Source: a bacterium (lineage in GTDB: Bacteria > UBA8248). Taken from it: a stretch of DNA of 64,000 nt. The position numbers were made by a program, and so were the translations under genes. Shown here piece after piece: positions 1 to 10,354 of this stretch. The notes beneath the pieces are model-generated. The model made no database searches. It was not told the DNA's origin and saw only the letters and a program-made list of their open reading frames with translations. Within the stretch, counting starts at the first letter, position 1; each line of letters begins with the position of its first letter. The stretch is taken from assembly GCA_965203325.1 (NCBI GenBank), contig OZ241875.1:1888001-1952000 (forward strand), in the 5' to 3' direction.

Positions 1-2
1 AG

Positions 3-449
3 AAATCCCTCGAATTCGCGCAAAGCCGCAAACAGAGCGGACGCCCCATTGCGCACCACCAGTCGGTCGGCATCAAGCTCGTCGACATGTACACGAAAAT
101 CCAGGCGGCACGCGCCTACGTGCACTACGCGGCGTGGCGTCAGGACATGCGCCACGAGATTCCCATCGACCCGCCCATGACGCTCACCGCCAGCGCGTTC
201 GCACACGAGATCTCCTGCGACGTCACGAAGATGGCGATGGAAATACACGCGGGCGTGGGCGTTCAGCGCGAGAATTTTCTCGAAAAATGGTTCCGCGACA
301 CGCACAACATGCTTTTCTCGAGCGACGGCGGCAACAACATGAAGAAGGTGCGCGCAATGTACGCCATCACCGGCGAGTGGGGCGCGCGGAGCGAGGACGA
401 GAACCCCGTTCCCGGCGGCGCATACGTCGCGGTCGGAGACGGCCTCTAA
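3..449 (+). CDS. Acyl-CoA dehydrogenase, C-terminal part (5'-truncated by window edge)
   Basis: Frame open from base 3: ..FAQSRKQSGRPIAHHQSVGIKLVDM..AMEIHAGVGVQRENFLEKWFRD, typical ACAD C-terminal motifs. Confidence 0.85.
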   Translation, partial: KSLEFAQSRKQSGRPIAHHQSVGIKLVDMYTKIQAARAYVHYAAWRQDMRHEIPIDPPMTLTASAFAHEISCDVTKMAMEIHAGVGVQRENFLEKWFRDTHNMLFSSDGGNNMKKVRAMYAITGEWGARSEDENPVPGGAYVAVGDGL

Positions 450-478
450 ACCCCATCACCATCAAGGGAGGAAAAAGG

Positions 479-859
479 GTGGCCTCACGAACCCATCACG
501 TGCACCACGTCGCCAAGGACCCCCAAGCGGCGGCGGATTTCTACATCAACCACTTCGGCGGCGAGCTGTTCACGCCCGAGATCGAATACCGGGGCTCCCC
601 CTACATCAGCGTGATGCTGGGCGAGGTGGAGATCCGCATTCGCGGCTTAAGGGCCGACGAGGACGATTCCATGGCGAAGGTGGGCCGCGGCCTCCACCAT
701 TTCGGAATCCAGGTCGAAGGCATCGACGAAGTGGCGCAGCGCCTGGAAAAAGCGGGCGTCGTCTTCACGAAAAAACCCGGAGACGGCGTTCTGGGTTCGC
801 GCACGGCCTTCATCATCGCGCCCGACAACGTCGTGATCGAACTGGTGGAAGAACCCTAA
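479..859 (+). CDS. VOC/glyoxalase family protein
   Basis: GTG start after GGGAGG; HHVHH..D..AA.FY..FG, GLHHFGIQV, AFIIAPDNVVIELVE. Confidence 0.85.
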   Translation: MASRTHHVHHVAKDPQAAADFYINHFGGELFTPEIEYRGSPYISVMLGEVEIRIRGLRADEDDSMAKVGRGLHHFGIQVEGIDEVAQRLEKAGVVFTKKPGDGVLGSRTAFIIAPDNVVIELVEEP

Positions 860-892
860 GAACGATTCGTTTACACACAGGAGAAAGACCTG

Positions 893-2113
893 ATGCCGGG
901 ATTCGCGCGGGGCCAATTCAACGTCGACTACGAGGAGCGCGTCGACGTGGGCGCGCTTCGCCGAAAGCGCGTGGACAAGGCGCAAAAGGCGATGGCCGAG
1001 CAGGACATCGACGCCCTTTTCCTCTGGAAGGTGGAGAACGTGCGCTACCTCACGAGCATGCGCTCCTCATTCCTGGCGCACCGGGAAGGTACACGAAACG
1101 CCGTCATCCTCCCGCAGGAGGGAGGAGCGCACATCATGACGAACGGCGGGGAGATACCCCGCGTCTCGCGCGACATGCCCTGGATAGAGAAATTCCATCA
1201 CTTGGCGAAGATGGAAGAACAGCCCCTCGTGGACAAGATGATCCGCGAGACGCTTCGCCCCCTCTTCGAGGAGTTGGGCCTCATCGGCAAGCGGGTGGGC
1301 CTGGATCTCATGACGTTCATCCAGTTCAGCGCCTACCAGAAGCATCTGGGCGACGTGGAGTTCGTGAACGGCGATTCGTTCATGCACAAGGTGCGCCGGC
1401 ACAAGATGCCCGAGGAGGTCTACATGATCCGCGAGGCCTGCGCGATCGCCGACGCCGTGAACGAGGAGGCCATGGACAGCGTACGGGCGGGAAAGCGCGA
1501 ATGCGACGTGGCGGCGGACGCGATGAAGGTGCTCCACCACTACGGGGGCGAAATGGCGCATCTCGTATCCCCCTTCGTCGCCTCGGGCGAGCACATGTCG
1601 CCGCCCTACCGCTTCGCGAGCGACAAGATCATCCGAAGCGGCGACCTGGTGTTCATCGACATCGGCGCGCAGTGGAACGGATATTTTGGCGACGTGGCCC
1701 GGACGATGATCTGCGCAAAACCCTCCAAACGGCAGAAGGAAATCTACACCGCCGTGCATGAATCCCTGCAGTTGGGACTTGAGCGCACCCGCCCCGGTTT
1801 CACGAACAAGCAGGTGGCAGAGCGAATCTGGGAGACGGGCGAGAAGTACGGCTTGAGAAAGAATTGGTTCTCGCTCAGCATCGGCCACGCGGTGGGCACA
1901 TCGCCCAACGAGCCGCCCTACATCGGGGAACCCGACCCCGATTCAGAAGAAGTCGACTTGGAGCCCGGCATGGTCTTCGCCATCGAGCCGCTCATCTGGG
2001 TGCCGGACGTCCCCGGAGGCGGCGGCGTGCGCATCGAGGAGACGGTGCTCATCACCGAAGAGGGGCATGAGGTGCTGACGCGCTCGCGCATGGACGACCG
2101 CCTGCTGCTCTGA
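893..2113 (+). CDS. M24 (Xaa-Pro peptidase/creatinase-like) metallohydrolase
   Basis: Creatinase-type N-domain; metal ligands in FIDIG, YFGDVAR, IGHAVG, AIEP, RIEE. Confidence 0.9.
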   Translation: MPGFARGQFNVDYEERVDVGALRRKRVDKAQKAMAEQDIDALFLWKVENVRYLTSMRSSFLAHREGTRNAVILPQEGGAHIMTNGGEIPRVSRDMPWIEKFHHLAKMEEQPLVDKMIRETLRPLFEELGLIGKRVGLDLMTFIQFSAYQKHLGDVEFVNGDSFMHKVRRHKMPEEVYMIREACAIADAVNEEAMDSVRAGKRECDVAADAMKVLHHYGGEMAHLVSPFVASGEHMSPPYRFASDKIIRSGDLVFIDIGAQWNGYFGDVARTMICAKPSKRQKEIYTAVHESLQLGLERTRPGFTNKQVAERIWETGEKYGLRKNWFSLSIGHAVGTSPNEPPYIGEPDPDSEEVDLEPGMVFAIEPLIWVPDVPGGGGVRIEETVLITEEGHEVLTRSRMDDRLLL

Positions 2114-2235
2114 GGCGTGTCGCCTCGCCCAGGCCAATCACCGGAAAACTCCCGAATATTCAAAGCGGCGACTTGCCTGCTGCGACACTCGCTCCCGATT
2201 GAAGGCGAGTCGTACGGGGCGTAGAATGCCGCGCG

Positions 2236-3369
2236 TTGTCCCTGTCCAAGTCATTGAGGAGGCTCGCCTTGACGCTTTTCGACAGAACAGAGCTCGGCGT
2301 CGCCGTCGTGGGCGCAGGACGCATCGGCACACACCGCTCGCGCCTCGCGGCGCAACACCCCGCCGTCCGCTTCCTGGCCATCTCGGACGCCGAGCCCGAA
2401 CGCGCCAAAGCGCTCGGCGCGCGCGTGAACGCGCAGGTAACATCGGGCAGCAACGAGGAGGTGATCTCCCATCCAGAGGTAGGCGCCGTCATCGTCTCGA
2501 CTTCCGAGTTCGCCCACGTGGAGCCGGTACTTCAGGCGCTCGAACTCGGCAAGCCCGTGCTGGTGGAAAAGCCCATCGCGATGACGCTGGAGGATGCCGA
2601 CAGGCTTCTCACCACAGCGGAAAAATACGAGACCGACCTCCGCGTGGGCTACATCATGCGATACAAGCGGCGCTATTTCCTGGGGAAAGAACAGATACAG
2701 CAGGGCCGCCTCGGAAGACTCATCGGCGCTACGGGCCGCGTATTCAACACCAGGGCGCAGGCGTTCGAGATACTCAAGCGCTCGGCCGACGCCACGCCCG
2801 TTCTCGACGTCCTCACCTACTGGGTCGATATGATGTGCTGGTTCATGGAAGGAAACCCGCCCGTCGAGGTCGTCTGCCGGGGAGGCGGCTTCGTCTTCAA
2901 GGAGGCGGGGTACCCCAAGGTGGACGACGTGAGCTGGTCGATCATGACCTTCGCCGACGGGGCGACCGTGAACCTCGGCATCTGCTACGCCCTGCCCGCG
3001 AAATATCCCACCGCCGGGCAGAGCATTCGTCTCGAAGTCATCGGCACGGACGGCGTGATGCTCTTCGACGAGGACCACAAGGAGAACATCCTCTACACCG
3101 AGAAGGGCTATCCGCACGCCTACGTTCCCGACCACCACCTGCCGATGGTCTTTCTCGGCAGCACGTCGTCTGGCGACTGGGCGCTCGACACCATGTACGG
3201 CCCCATCGGCGATGAGACCAGGAGTTGGCTCGACCACCTCGCCACGGGGCGACCCTGCCACCTCGCCACGGCGGAGGACGCGCGCCAGACCCTGGAGGTG
3301 ACCATCGCCATGGAGGAATCCGCACGCACCGGCGACGCCGTAAAACTCCCCCTGGGGGAGGGACACTAG
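2236..3369 (+). CDS. Gfo/Idh/MocA family oxidoreductase (start uncertain)
   Basis: VVGAGRIG Rossmann motif, GKPVLVEKP motif. Confidence 0.9.
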   Translation: MSLSKSLRRLALTLFDRTELGVAVVGAGRIGTHRSRLAAQHPAVRFLAISDAEPERAKALGARVNAQVTSGSNEEVISHPEVGAVIVSTSEFAHVEPVLQALELGKPVLVEKPIAMTLEDADRLLTTAEKYETDLRVGYIMRYKRRYFLGKEQIQQGRLGRLIGATGRVFNTRAQAFEILKRSADATPVLDVLTYWVDMMCWFMEGNPPVEVVCRGGGFVFKEAGYPKVDDVSWSIMTFADGATVNLGICYALPAKYPTAGQSIRLEVIGTDGVMLFDEDHKENILYTEKGYPHAYVPDHHLPMVFLGSTSSGDWALDTMYGPIGDETRSWLDHLATGRPCHLATAEDARQTLEVTIAMEESARTGDAVKLPLGEGH

Positions 3370-3502
3370 CGATTATGCTTTTTTCCTTGAACAAACGGCG
3401 CGCGCCGTGCCATATCTGTATGCAGGCGGCGAACCCGGCGCCGCGCCCGGCGCAAGGTGAAGAGAAGGCGTGGAAAACTACCCCGGTGAACGAGCCTTGG
3501 AC

Positions 3503-5029
3503 ATGAGCCAAACGAATCCGTTTCACGCCAGAAAAAGCGGGATTCTGCTCCACCCCACCTCGCTGCCGAGCGAGGCGGGCTTCGGCGATTTAGGCCCCGG
3601 GGCGTTCGAATTCGTCGACCAACTCGCATCCTCCGGCCAGAGCTGGTGGCAGATGCTGCCCGTATGCCCCACCGACGAGACGGGCTCCCCTTACGTTTCC
3701 TCTTCCACGTTCGCGGGAAACCCCCTGCTGATATCACTCGGCAGGCTCGCCGAAGAGGGCCTCCTCTCCACGAAAGATATGGAAGACCGCTGTCAGAGCG
3801 GCGGCGGGGACATCGAACCGGCGCAGGCGCTCCAGGCCCATGAATCACTGCTGGCCAAGGCGTTCGAGGCGTTCTCGAACGACGGCGGGGCGAATGTCGC
3901 GGGATTTACGGCGTTTTGCGAGGCGCAGGCCGGCTGGCTTGCCGATTACGCGAGGTTCCGGGCGCTCAAGCGTGCGCACGAAGGTTCCCCCTGGTGGGAG
4001 TGGCCGGAAGACGCAAGAGACCGCAATCCCGATGATCCCGGGTTCGAGGAAAACATTCGCTACACCCAATTCGAGCAGTTCATCTTCGACCGGCAATGGC
4101 GCGCGCTAAAAGACTACGCCGCCGGAAAGGGGATCGGCTTCATCGGCGACATTCCCATCTACGTCGCCCATGATTCAGCGGACGTATGGGCGCGGACGCA
4201 ACTGTTCGAACTCGACGAATCACGTCGCCCGCGCGCCTACGCCGGCGCGCCGCCCGATTACTTCAACCAGGATGGCCAGCACTGGGGGAATCCCCTCTAC
4301 GACTGGGCCGCGCACTTTGATGAGAATTTCGCCTGGTGGAAGATGCGCCTCGCCGTGAACGTCGCCCGTTTCGACGCCTTGCGCCTCGATCACTTCATCG
4401 GCTTCGCGCGGTTCTGGGCGATTCCGGCCGATGCGGAATCACCCAAAGACGGCGCCTGGCGCGAGGGGCCGGGCGAGGCCTTTTTCAGCGCGCTGGAGGA
4501 GGAATTGGGCTATCTGCCACTCATCGCCGAGGACCTGGGTTCGGTGGGCGACGACGTCCACGCCCTCAGGGACCGATTCGGCCTGCCCGGCATGCGCGTC
4601 TTGCAGTTCGCCTTCGACGGCAGCCCGGACAACCCGCATCTCCCCCACAACATTCCCGAGAACGCGGTGGTCTACACCGGCACGCACGACAACGACACCG
4701 CCCAGGGCTGGTTCCACGGCGCCGACCCGATTCTCCGAAACGAAACGCCCGCCGGCTTCGCCATATCGCGCGCCACGGCGCTCAGGACCTTCGGGGGCGA
4801 GCCTGAGGACATTCACTGGTCGATGATCCGCGCGGCGATGAAATCCGGGGCCGCGCTCGCCATCATCCCCGCCCAGGACGTGCTCGGCCTCGGCAACGAG
4901 GGCCGCATGAACCGCCCGGGCGTCCCGCAGGGCAACTGGGTCTGGCAAATGCGCGCGGGCGCATGGAACGGGGAAATCCAGGAGAGACTCCTGGGTCTCA
5001 CGCAGCGCAGCGGCCGGGCGCCTGAGTGA
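3503..5029 (+). CDS. malQ: 4-alpha-glucanotransferase (amylomaltase, GH77)
   Basis: GILLHPTSLP, GDIPIYVAHDSADVW, RLDHFIGF, IAEDLG, YTGTHDNDT, RMNRPG motifs. Confidence 0.95.
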   Translation: MSQTNPFHARKSGILLHPTSLPSEAGFGDLGPGAFEFVDQLASSGQSWWQMLPVCPTDETGSPYVSSSTFAGNPLLISLGRLAEEGLLSTKDMEDRCQSGGGDIEPAQALQAHESLLAKAFEAFSNDGGANVAGFTAFCEAQAGWLADYARFRALKRAHEGSPWWEWPEDARDRNPDDPGFEENIRYTQFEQFIFDRQWRALKDYAAGKGIGFIGDIPIYVAHDSADVWARTQLFELDESRRPRAYAGAPPDYFNQDGQHWGNPLYDWAAHFDENFAWWKMRLAVNVARFDALRLDHFIGFARFWAIPADAESPKDGAWREGPGEAFFSALEEELGYLPLIAEDLGSVGDDVHALRDRFGLPGMRVLQFAFDGSPDNPHLPHNIPENAVVYTGTHDNDTAQGWFHGADPILRNETPAGFAISRATALRTFGGEPEDIHWSMIRAAMKSGAALAIIPAQDVLGLGNEGRMNRPGVPQGNWVWQMRAGAWNGEIQERLLGLTQRSGRAPE

Positions 5030-5107
5030 GGGCGGCTCGGCGCGCTATTTGATTCGAATGACTGAGAGAGGAAAGTTTTGCGTGGCGCAAAAACGAGCGC
5101 GCATCAT

Positions 5108-5653
5108 TCACGACTCCGACAATACGCTTCTTAGCCGAGCAACGAACTCAACGGCCTCCTGCGCCTCGTCAAAGCTGATATGCGGTTTTCGCTCGACAAT
5201 TTCAGCCGCCATTGCATCGGGAGCTATTTCCTTTTTCTCTTTCGAGACATAATACGCTGTGGCGTATCTCTCCAAGGCCCTTGCCTTCATCGGCGCGAAT
5301 TTATCCACGATTTTTTGAACTTTATGGGCATATTTCTCAATGGGTTTCGGGTATGTTTTCTTCAAAAGTTCCGCCCTCTCGCCGGGTACCAGTTTCGGTC
5401 CATACGGCCTCTGTTGCGGACGCGGTTTCAAAAAATCGTTCGCCCACATCCAGGATATCTCGTCGCTCAGGTCAAAGGAATAGGGGCCGTGCTTATATAG
5501 AATGAAATCGAATGCCAGCGGGACTTCCAACAGATCTTGCAGAAAATAAGTCACCTTCTGAACGTGCGTTTCCCCGCACCAGCTGTCGGCGTCTCTCAGT
5601 CTCTCGGCCAAAGACAATAAAACGGCGGCCCTCTCGAATCGCTCCATGGCCAT
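5108..5653 (-). CDS. YwgA-like / winged-helix hypothetical protein coupled to the HD protein
   Basis: GETHVQKVTYFLQ..F.F.LYKHGPYSFDL motif; ATG overlaps the TAA of the upstream HD gene (TAATG) with AAGGAG RBS. Confidence 0.7.
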   Translation of the reverse strand: MAMERFERAAVLLSLAERLRDADSWCGETHVQKVTYFLQDLLEVPLAFDFILYKHGPYSFDLSDEISWMWANDFLKPRPQQRPYGPKLVPGERAELLKKTYPKPIEKYAHKVQKIVDKFAPMKARALERYATAYYVSKEKKEIAPDAMAAEIVERKPHISFDEAQEAVEFVARLRSVLSES

Positions 5654-6972
5654 TACTCCTTTCCGGCAAACGAAAGGATTTCCTCTCGCTTCCCACTCAA
5701 CCAAACATCGGCTTGTTCTTTCATTTCAGGTGAAACGAAAACATTCTCACAAGACGCCAGCGGAATGTTCGAGAATGTTTCTTTTTCACTCGCCGCTTCC
5801 GAGATTCTCGCGCCTTGTATGAGAACCGGAAAAAAGCTTTTTCTCCTGTCTTGAGTTCTCTGAATATGTTTCACATTTTGCTCACCGAATTTCCCGGATG
5901 CCGCTTCATATATTTTCCGACCCGGTTCCAAGAATTTCCGGTCCTCGGCGGCAGGTCTATAGATACTCTTGAAATGCCGACGACGAACGATGCGCTCGGC
6001 GTGCGCATGGGCGGGATGAGATTTATCTCCGGCAATGGATAACATAGCGGATATTACTTCAATATCCGTATATTTCAAATGGCCTTCATAATCTGTGGGA
6101 AACATTCCCCCCTCCAACCAGGAATTCAAGAAATCTACCAAATGCTGATCGTAAATGAGCCGGACGGAATGAAAATAAATCTGTGAAAACATGAAATATC
6201 GCGCAAGCAGCAACGCCTCGGCGGATTCCAAGCCGCCTTCCTCGACACCCAAAACCGGTTCCTGAGAACCATCCGCCCCCTCTTTCGGCAGTATCCTCAT
6301 CGTATCGATTAAGCGGTGATGATCGAATTTCCCGTAGGCAACCCCCGCGTGATACGAATCCCGAAGCAGATAATCCATCCTGTCGGCCCCGAAAACATCC
6401 CCCGTGATGATTTCCGATAAAATGCTCTCCCATTCATTCAACTCGACACTCATATAATCTTTCGATTTCTTCGCTCCAATCGCCAGTTTCGCCACGTCTT
6501 TCGGCTGCACGCCAATGTCTTCCCAAATACCCGCCATTTGCTCGCTCAAAATGATTTCCATCGTTATTCGTTCATGATCCCAGCCGCCCGGCAAGAGTTC
6601 TTCTGAAGCATGGGAAAACGGCAGATGGCCCAGATCATGGTATAACGCCGCGAGTCTTAATGTTCTTCGCCATTTCAGATGATCGAGGTCCCTATGCTTT
6701 GGAATAATACTCCTGACAGAAGCGGATTCCTGATAAACGTTCTCCGGTTCCGTCACGACATCATAAATCCTGCCGGCGAGTTCCATTACACCGAGTGAAT
6801 GCTCGAACCTCTTGTGGGTTGCACCCGGGTAAACGAGATAAGTCAGGGCCAGTTGGTGAATATGGCGCAATCGCTGAAACGGGAGCGAATCAAGAATTTT
6901 CCGCTCATCAGAATCCAGTCTGATGAAAACATGGATGGGGTCTCGTATTTCGTGTGTTCTTTTTCTCGCCAT
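5653..6972 (-). CDS. HD-domain phosphohydrolase, SAMHD1/YwfO-like dNTP triphosphohydrolase family
   Basis: IRDPIH, FQRLRHIHQL, YPGATHKRFEHSLG, AALYHDLGHLPFSH, ADRMDYLLRD motifs. Confidence 0.92.
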   Translation of the reverse strand: MARKRTHEIRDPIHVFIRLDSDERKILDSLPFQRLRHIHQLALTYLVYPGATHKRFEHSLGVMELAGRIYDVVTEPENVYQESASVRSIIPKHRDLDHLKWRRTLRLAALYHDLGHLPFSHASEELLPGGWDHERITMEIILSEQMAGIWEDIGVQPKDVAKLAIGAKKSKDYMSVELNEWESILSEIITGDVFGADRMDYLLRDSYHAGVAYGKFDHHRLIDTMRILPKEGADGSQEPVLGVEEGGLESAEALLLARYFMFSQIYFHSVRLIYDQHLVDFLNSWLEGGMFPTDYEGHLKYTDIEVISAMLSIAGDKSHPAHAHAERIVRRRHFKSIYRPAAEDRKFLEPGRKIYEAASGKFGEQNVKHIQRTQDRRKSFFPVLIQGARISEAASEKETFSNIPLASCENVFVSPEMKEQADVWLSGKREEILSFAGKE

Positions 6973-6978
6973 AGAAGA

Positions 6979-6987
6979 ACTATATCA
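6979..6987 (-). promoter_or_regulatory. Putative extended -10 promoter (TGA-TATAGT) just upstream of the HD gene ATG; possibly leaderless
   Basis: Minus strand reads TGATATAGTtcttctATG; no SD sequence visible. Confidence 0.4.
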
Positions 6988-7118
6988 TATTTTCGTATAA
7001 TTATCGCCATAAAAATTACGAATATCAAATCTGGTCAGTCGATAAAATGAAGACACAAACGACATGGCGTGGGTAGAACCAACATAAAAAATATTCTTGA
7101 CGGAAAATCAACTCCCCC

Positions 7119-7646
7119 TCACATAACCGGCGGTATCTCGAAGGCGTTGAGCGTCATGGAGATGGCCGAGTAAAAGCCCACGAGGGCGGTCAAGTCGACC
7201 ACGCCCTTCTCGCCGAGCAGAGAGAACGCCTCCTGATAAACGTCGTCGGACACCTCTTTGGTTTCGAGCAATTCCTTGCAATACCGGTGAACGCAAAGTT
7301 CTAGATCCGTGCCTTCGGTAGGCGTCTCCTGCGCCATCACGGCGGCCACAAGCGCGGGCGTAAGACCGCTGTCCAGAGCCTGCGCCTCGTGGGCGGAGAA
7401 AGCATAAGTCGCCCCCCAATGGCGCGTGGTGATGATGATGGCGAGTTCGCGGATGTCCTCTGTGATGACGCTTTCCTCATAATAAAACTTCATGAGATTG
7501 CGAAGGGCGATGACAAGGCCGGGGCTGCGCACCCAGACGCCGAAAGGCCCGCGCACGCCGCCACGCTGGTTGGCGATGAGTTCCTCATAGGCATCTCGTT
7601 GACGGGGCGGCATGGATTCGGGTTCAAGCGGTGCGAGACGGCTCAT
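7119..7646 (-). CDS. Carboxymuconolactone decarboxylase (CMD/AhpD-like) family protein
   Basis: RGGVRGPFGVWVRSP, RELAII....W...Y..AH, GVVDLTALVGFY. Confidence 0.85.
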   Translation of the reverse strand: MSRLAPLEPESMPPRQRDAYEELIANQRGGVRGPFGVWVRSPGLVIALRNLMKFYYEESVITEDIRELAIIITTRHWGATYAFSAHEAQALDSGLTPALVAAVMAQETPTEGTDLELCVHRYCKELLETKEVSDDVYQEAFSLLGEKGVVDLTALVGFYSAISMTLNAFEIPPVM

Positions 7647-7734
7647 CGGCGGTTCTCCTTATGGCGTCGTTCATTCAGAAATTTTGCTACAATGGCGAAA
7701 ACATTCGTTTCTCTCATTCATAGCGAGGTATCTC

Positions 7735-8160
7735 ATGAACTTCGAAGATGCAAGACCGTTTATGGAGAAAAACCACAAGGGCATGGTCACGAGCTTAAGG
7801 CCGGACGGCACGGCGCAATCGAGCATCATCGTCTGTGGGGCGTATGAGGATTGCGCCGCGTTCGTCATCGTGCGCGGCTGGTCGGTCAAGCTCAAGAACC
7901 TGCGCAAGAACCCCCAGTGCACGGTGCTCTACGTCACCCCCGACTGGCGCACCTGGGTGAGCGTGGAGGGCAAGGCCAGACTGTTCGACTACGAAAACAC
8001 CGAAAAAGAGGAAATGCGCGTGATGTTCCGCGAGGTGTTCCGCGCCTGCGGGGATTCGAACCACCCCGACTGGGAGGAATACGACCAAGCGATGATAGAC
8101 CAGGGCGCGGTCGCCGTACTGGTCACGCCTGAGCGCGTCTACGGGCGTCTGCCGGCTTAA
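7735..8160 (+). CDS. Pyridoxamine 5'-phosphate oxidase-like split-barrel (PPOX class) protein
   Basis: LRPDGTAQSS, KLKNLRKNPQCTV, VSVEGKA, HPDWEEYDQAM. Confidence 0.8.
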   Translation: MNFEDARPFMEKNHKGMVTSLRPDGTAQSSIIVCGAYEDCAAFVIVRGWSVKLKNLRKNPQCTVLYVTPDWRTWVSVEGKARLFDYENTEKEEMRVMFREVFRACGDSNHPDWEEYDQAMIDQGAVAVLVTPERVYGRLPA

Positions 8161-9086
8161 TTCTCGATCGACTCCAGGAAAGCGGCGATTCCCTCCTCGA
8201 GCGAGAAGCTGTGCCGCCAGCCGGTTTTTTTCGCAAACGCGCGCGCGTCGAGGCCGATTCTGAACACCTCGCCCGGGCGCAGGGGCGCTTTTTCCACGCT
8301 CACGGGGTTTTTCCCCATGCGGCGGCAGAGGATCTCGAGCAGCGCCTCGACTTCGGTGATGACGCCGGTGCCGATGTTGTAGACGCCGCCGTCCGCACCG
8401 CCCTTCCCCGCCGTGAGGAACGCTTCGACCACGTCTTTCACGAAGACGTAATCGCGCCCTGCGCGTCCGTGCCCGTATAGGGTGAGGGATTCTCCTTTCG
8501 TGAGTTTTTCCGCGAAAATCGATATCACGCCCGCATCGAGCGTCGCGCGCTGCCTCGGCCCATAGACGTTGGCCAGACGCAGCGAGACGACGGGAAGCCC
8601 GAAATGCGCCCCGTAGAAGGCGAGATACCGCTCGCCCGCCACCTTGCTCATCCCGTAGTGCGAAGCGGGGGCGAGGGGGCAGCTCTCGTTCACGATTTCC
8701 TCTTCCGGATCGCCGTAGCACGCCCCGCCCGTGGCGGCGTAGACGACCCGTGGTGACGCATCCATGCTCCTGGCCGCCTCGAGAACACTCAGCGTGCCCA
8801 TGACGTTCGCCCGCGCGTCGAGTTCGGGTTCGGCCAGGCTGTGCGTTACGCTCGACTGGGCTGCCAGATGATGGATGACGGCGGGACGCGCCTCTGCCAC
8901 CAAGCGGCGCATGAACTCCGCATCGGCCACATCGCCTTCTCGGAAAACGGCGCCCGGCGGGACATCCTCCACCAGGCCGGACGCGAGATTATCCACCACC
9001 CAGACGGTATCGCCCGCCTCTAGACAAGCTTCCGCCACATGGGAACCGACGAAGCCTGCGCCTCCCGTCACCAATACGTTCGCCAT
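8157..9086 (-). CDS. NAD-dependent epimerase/dehydratase (UDP-glucose 4-epimerase-like)
   Basis: TGGAGFVGSH, HLAAQ, YGMSK, RLANVYGPRQ. Confidence 0.9.
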   Translation of the reverse strand: MANVLVTGGAGFVGSHVAEACLEAGDTVWVVDNLASGLVEDVPPGAVFREGDVADAEFMRRLVAEARPAVIHHLAAQSSVTHSLAEPELDARANVMGTLSVLEAARSMDASPRVVYAATGGACYGDPEEEIVNESCPLAPASHYGMSKVAGERYLAFYGAHFGLPVVSLRLANVYGPRQRATLDAGVISIFAEKLTKGESLTLYGHGRAGRDYVFVKDVVEAFLTAGKGGADGGVYNIGTGVITEVEALLEILCRRMGKNPVSVEKAPLRPGEVFRIGLDARAFAKKTGWRHSFSLEEGIAAFLESIEN

Positions 9087-9259
9087 CTCGGATCCTCAAC
9101 CTATGTCATATCGAAACCGATATTTCAGTATGAAACCAACCATCATGGATTGCGGCGCGGATTTCAACCACGGGCCACGTTTTGCCGGAACCGCCCGCTC
9201 CTGATAGCCTTGGGCGCAAGTTCCAAGGCAAATGAGTTCGTTGCAAGGAGAAATCCGGT

Positions 9260-10252
9260 TTGGCCAGATACCTCGTCACGGGCGCTGCGGGCTTCATCGC
9301 GTCCAGGGTGTGCGAATTCCTGTTGGATGATGATCACGCCGTCGTGGGTATCGACGACATGAACGACGCCTACGACACCCGACTGAAGGACTACCGCCTC
9401 GCGCGCCTGAAGGCGCGGCCCGGTTTCGTTTTTCACGAAGCCGACATCACTCGTTCCGACACCCTGCGCGCGCTGTTCGCAGAAAACGCCGGAGGCGGCG
9501 CCCCGCCTTTCGACGCCGTTCTGAACCTGGCCGCGCGCGCTGGCGTGCGGCAATCCATCGAGAATCCCTGGGGCTATTTCGAGACCAACGTCACCGGCGC
9601 ACTGAACCTGCTCGAACTCTGCAAGGATTTCGGCGTCACCAAGTTCGTGCTCGCCTCCACCTCGAGCGCCTACGGGGCGGATACGCCCTCGCCTTTTCGG
9701 GAGGACGCCCCGACCGACAGGCCGCTTTCCCCCTACGCGGCTTCCAAGAAAGCGGCCGAGGCGCTCTGCCACACATACCACCACCTGTTCGGGATCGACG
9801 TGAGCGTGCTGCGCTACTTCACCGTCTACGGCCCGGCGGGGCGGCCCGACATGAGCCTGTTCCGCTTCACGCAGTGGATAGCCGAGGAAAAACCCGTTCT
9901 CGTCTATGGCGACGGTAAGCAGTCGCGCGATTTCACCTACGTGGACGACATCGCCAGAGGCACGATAGCGGCCATCAGGCCGGTCTCTTATGAGATCATC
10001 AACCTGGGATCGGACGAGCCCGTCGTCTTAAGCGACGCCATCGCCCGCATCGAAACCCTCACGGAGAAGAAGGCCCGGATTCGTTATGAGGAGAGCAACC
10101 CCGCCGACGTCAAGGCCACCTGGGCGAACATCGACAAGGCGGAAAGACTCCTGGGCTGGCGACCCCGAGTGAGGCTCGCAGACGGCCTCGCGCATCTGGT
10201 GGAGTGGTACGCCGCCAACCGCGAATGGGCGAAAGAGGTGCGCACCGACTAG
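9260..10252 (+). CDS. UDP-glucuronate 4-epimerase-like NAD-dependent epimerase
   Basis: TGAAGFI, LAARAGVRQS, YAASKK, RYFTVYGPAGRPDM, RDFTYVDD. Confidence 0.88.
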   Translation: MARYLVTGAAGFIASRVCEFLLDDDHAVVGIDDMNDAYDTRLKDYRLARLKARPGFVFHEADITRSDTLRALFAENAGGGAPPFDAVLNLAARAGVRQSIENPWGYFETNVTGALNLLELCKDFGVTKFVLASTSSAYGADTPSPFREDAPTDRPLSPYAASKKAAEALCHTYHHLFGIDVSVLRYFTVYGPAGRPDMSLFRFTQWIAEEKPVLVYGDGKQSRDFTYVDDIARGTIAAIRPVSYEIINLGSDEPVVLSDAIARIETLTEKKARIRYEESNPADVKATWANIDKAERLLGWRPRVRLADGLAHLVEWYAANREWAKEVRTD

Positions 10253-10354
10253 TAAAACCGTTCTCTCCGGCGAATTTTCCCCGACCGTTACCCCTTCGGG
10301 GCGCGATGCACTAGACTCACTGAATACTTTCACCTGTATACGGCAGGAGACGAC

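Noticed and set aside
134..478. N-terminal extensions from the ORF track (also on the kinase, DegP, NCS2, M20 and second permease)
   Set aside because: They overlap upstream genes or repeats; downstream starts have better RBS or coupling
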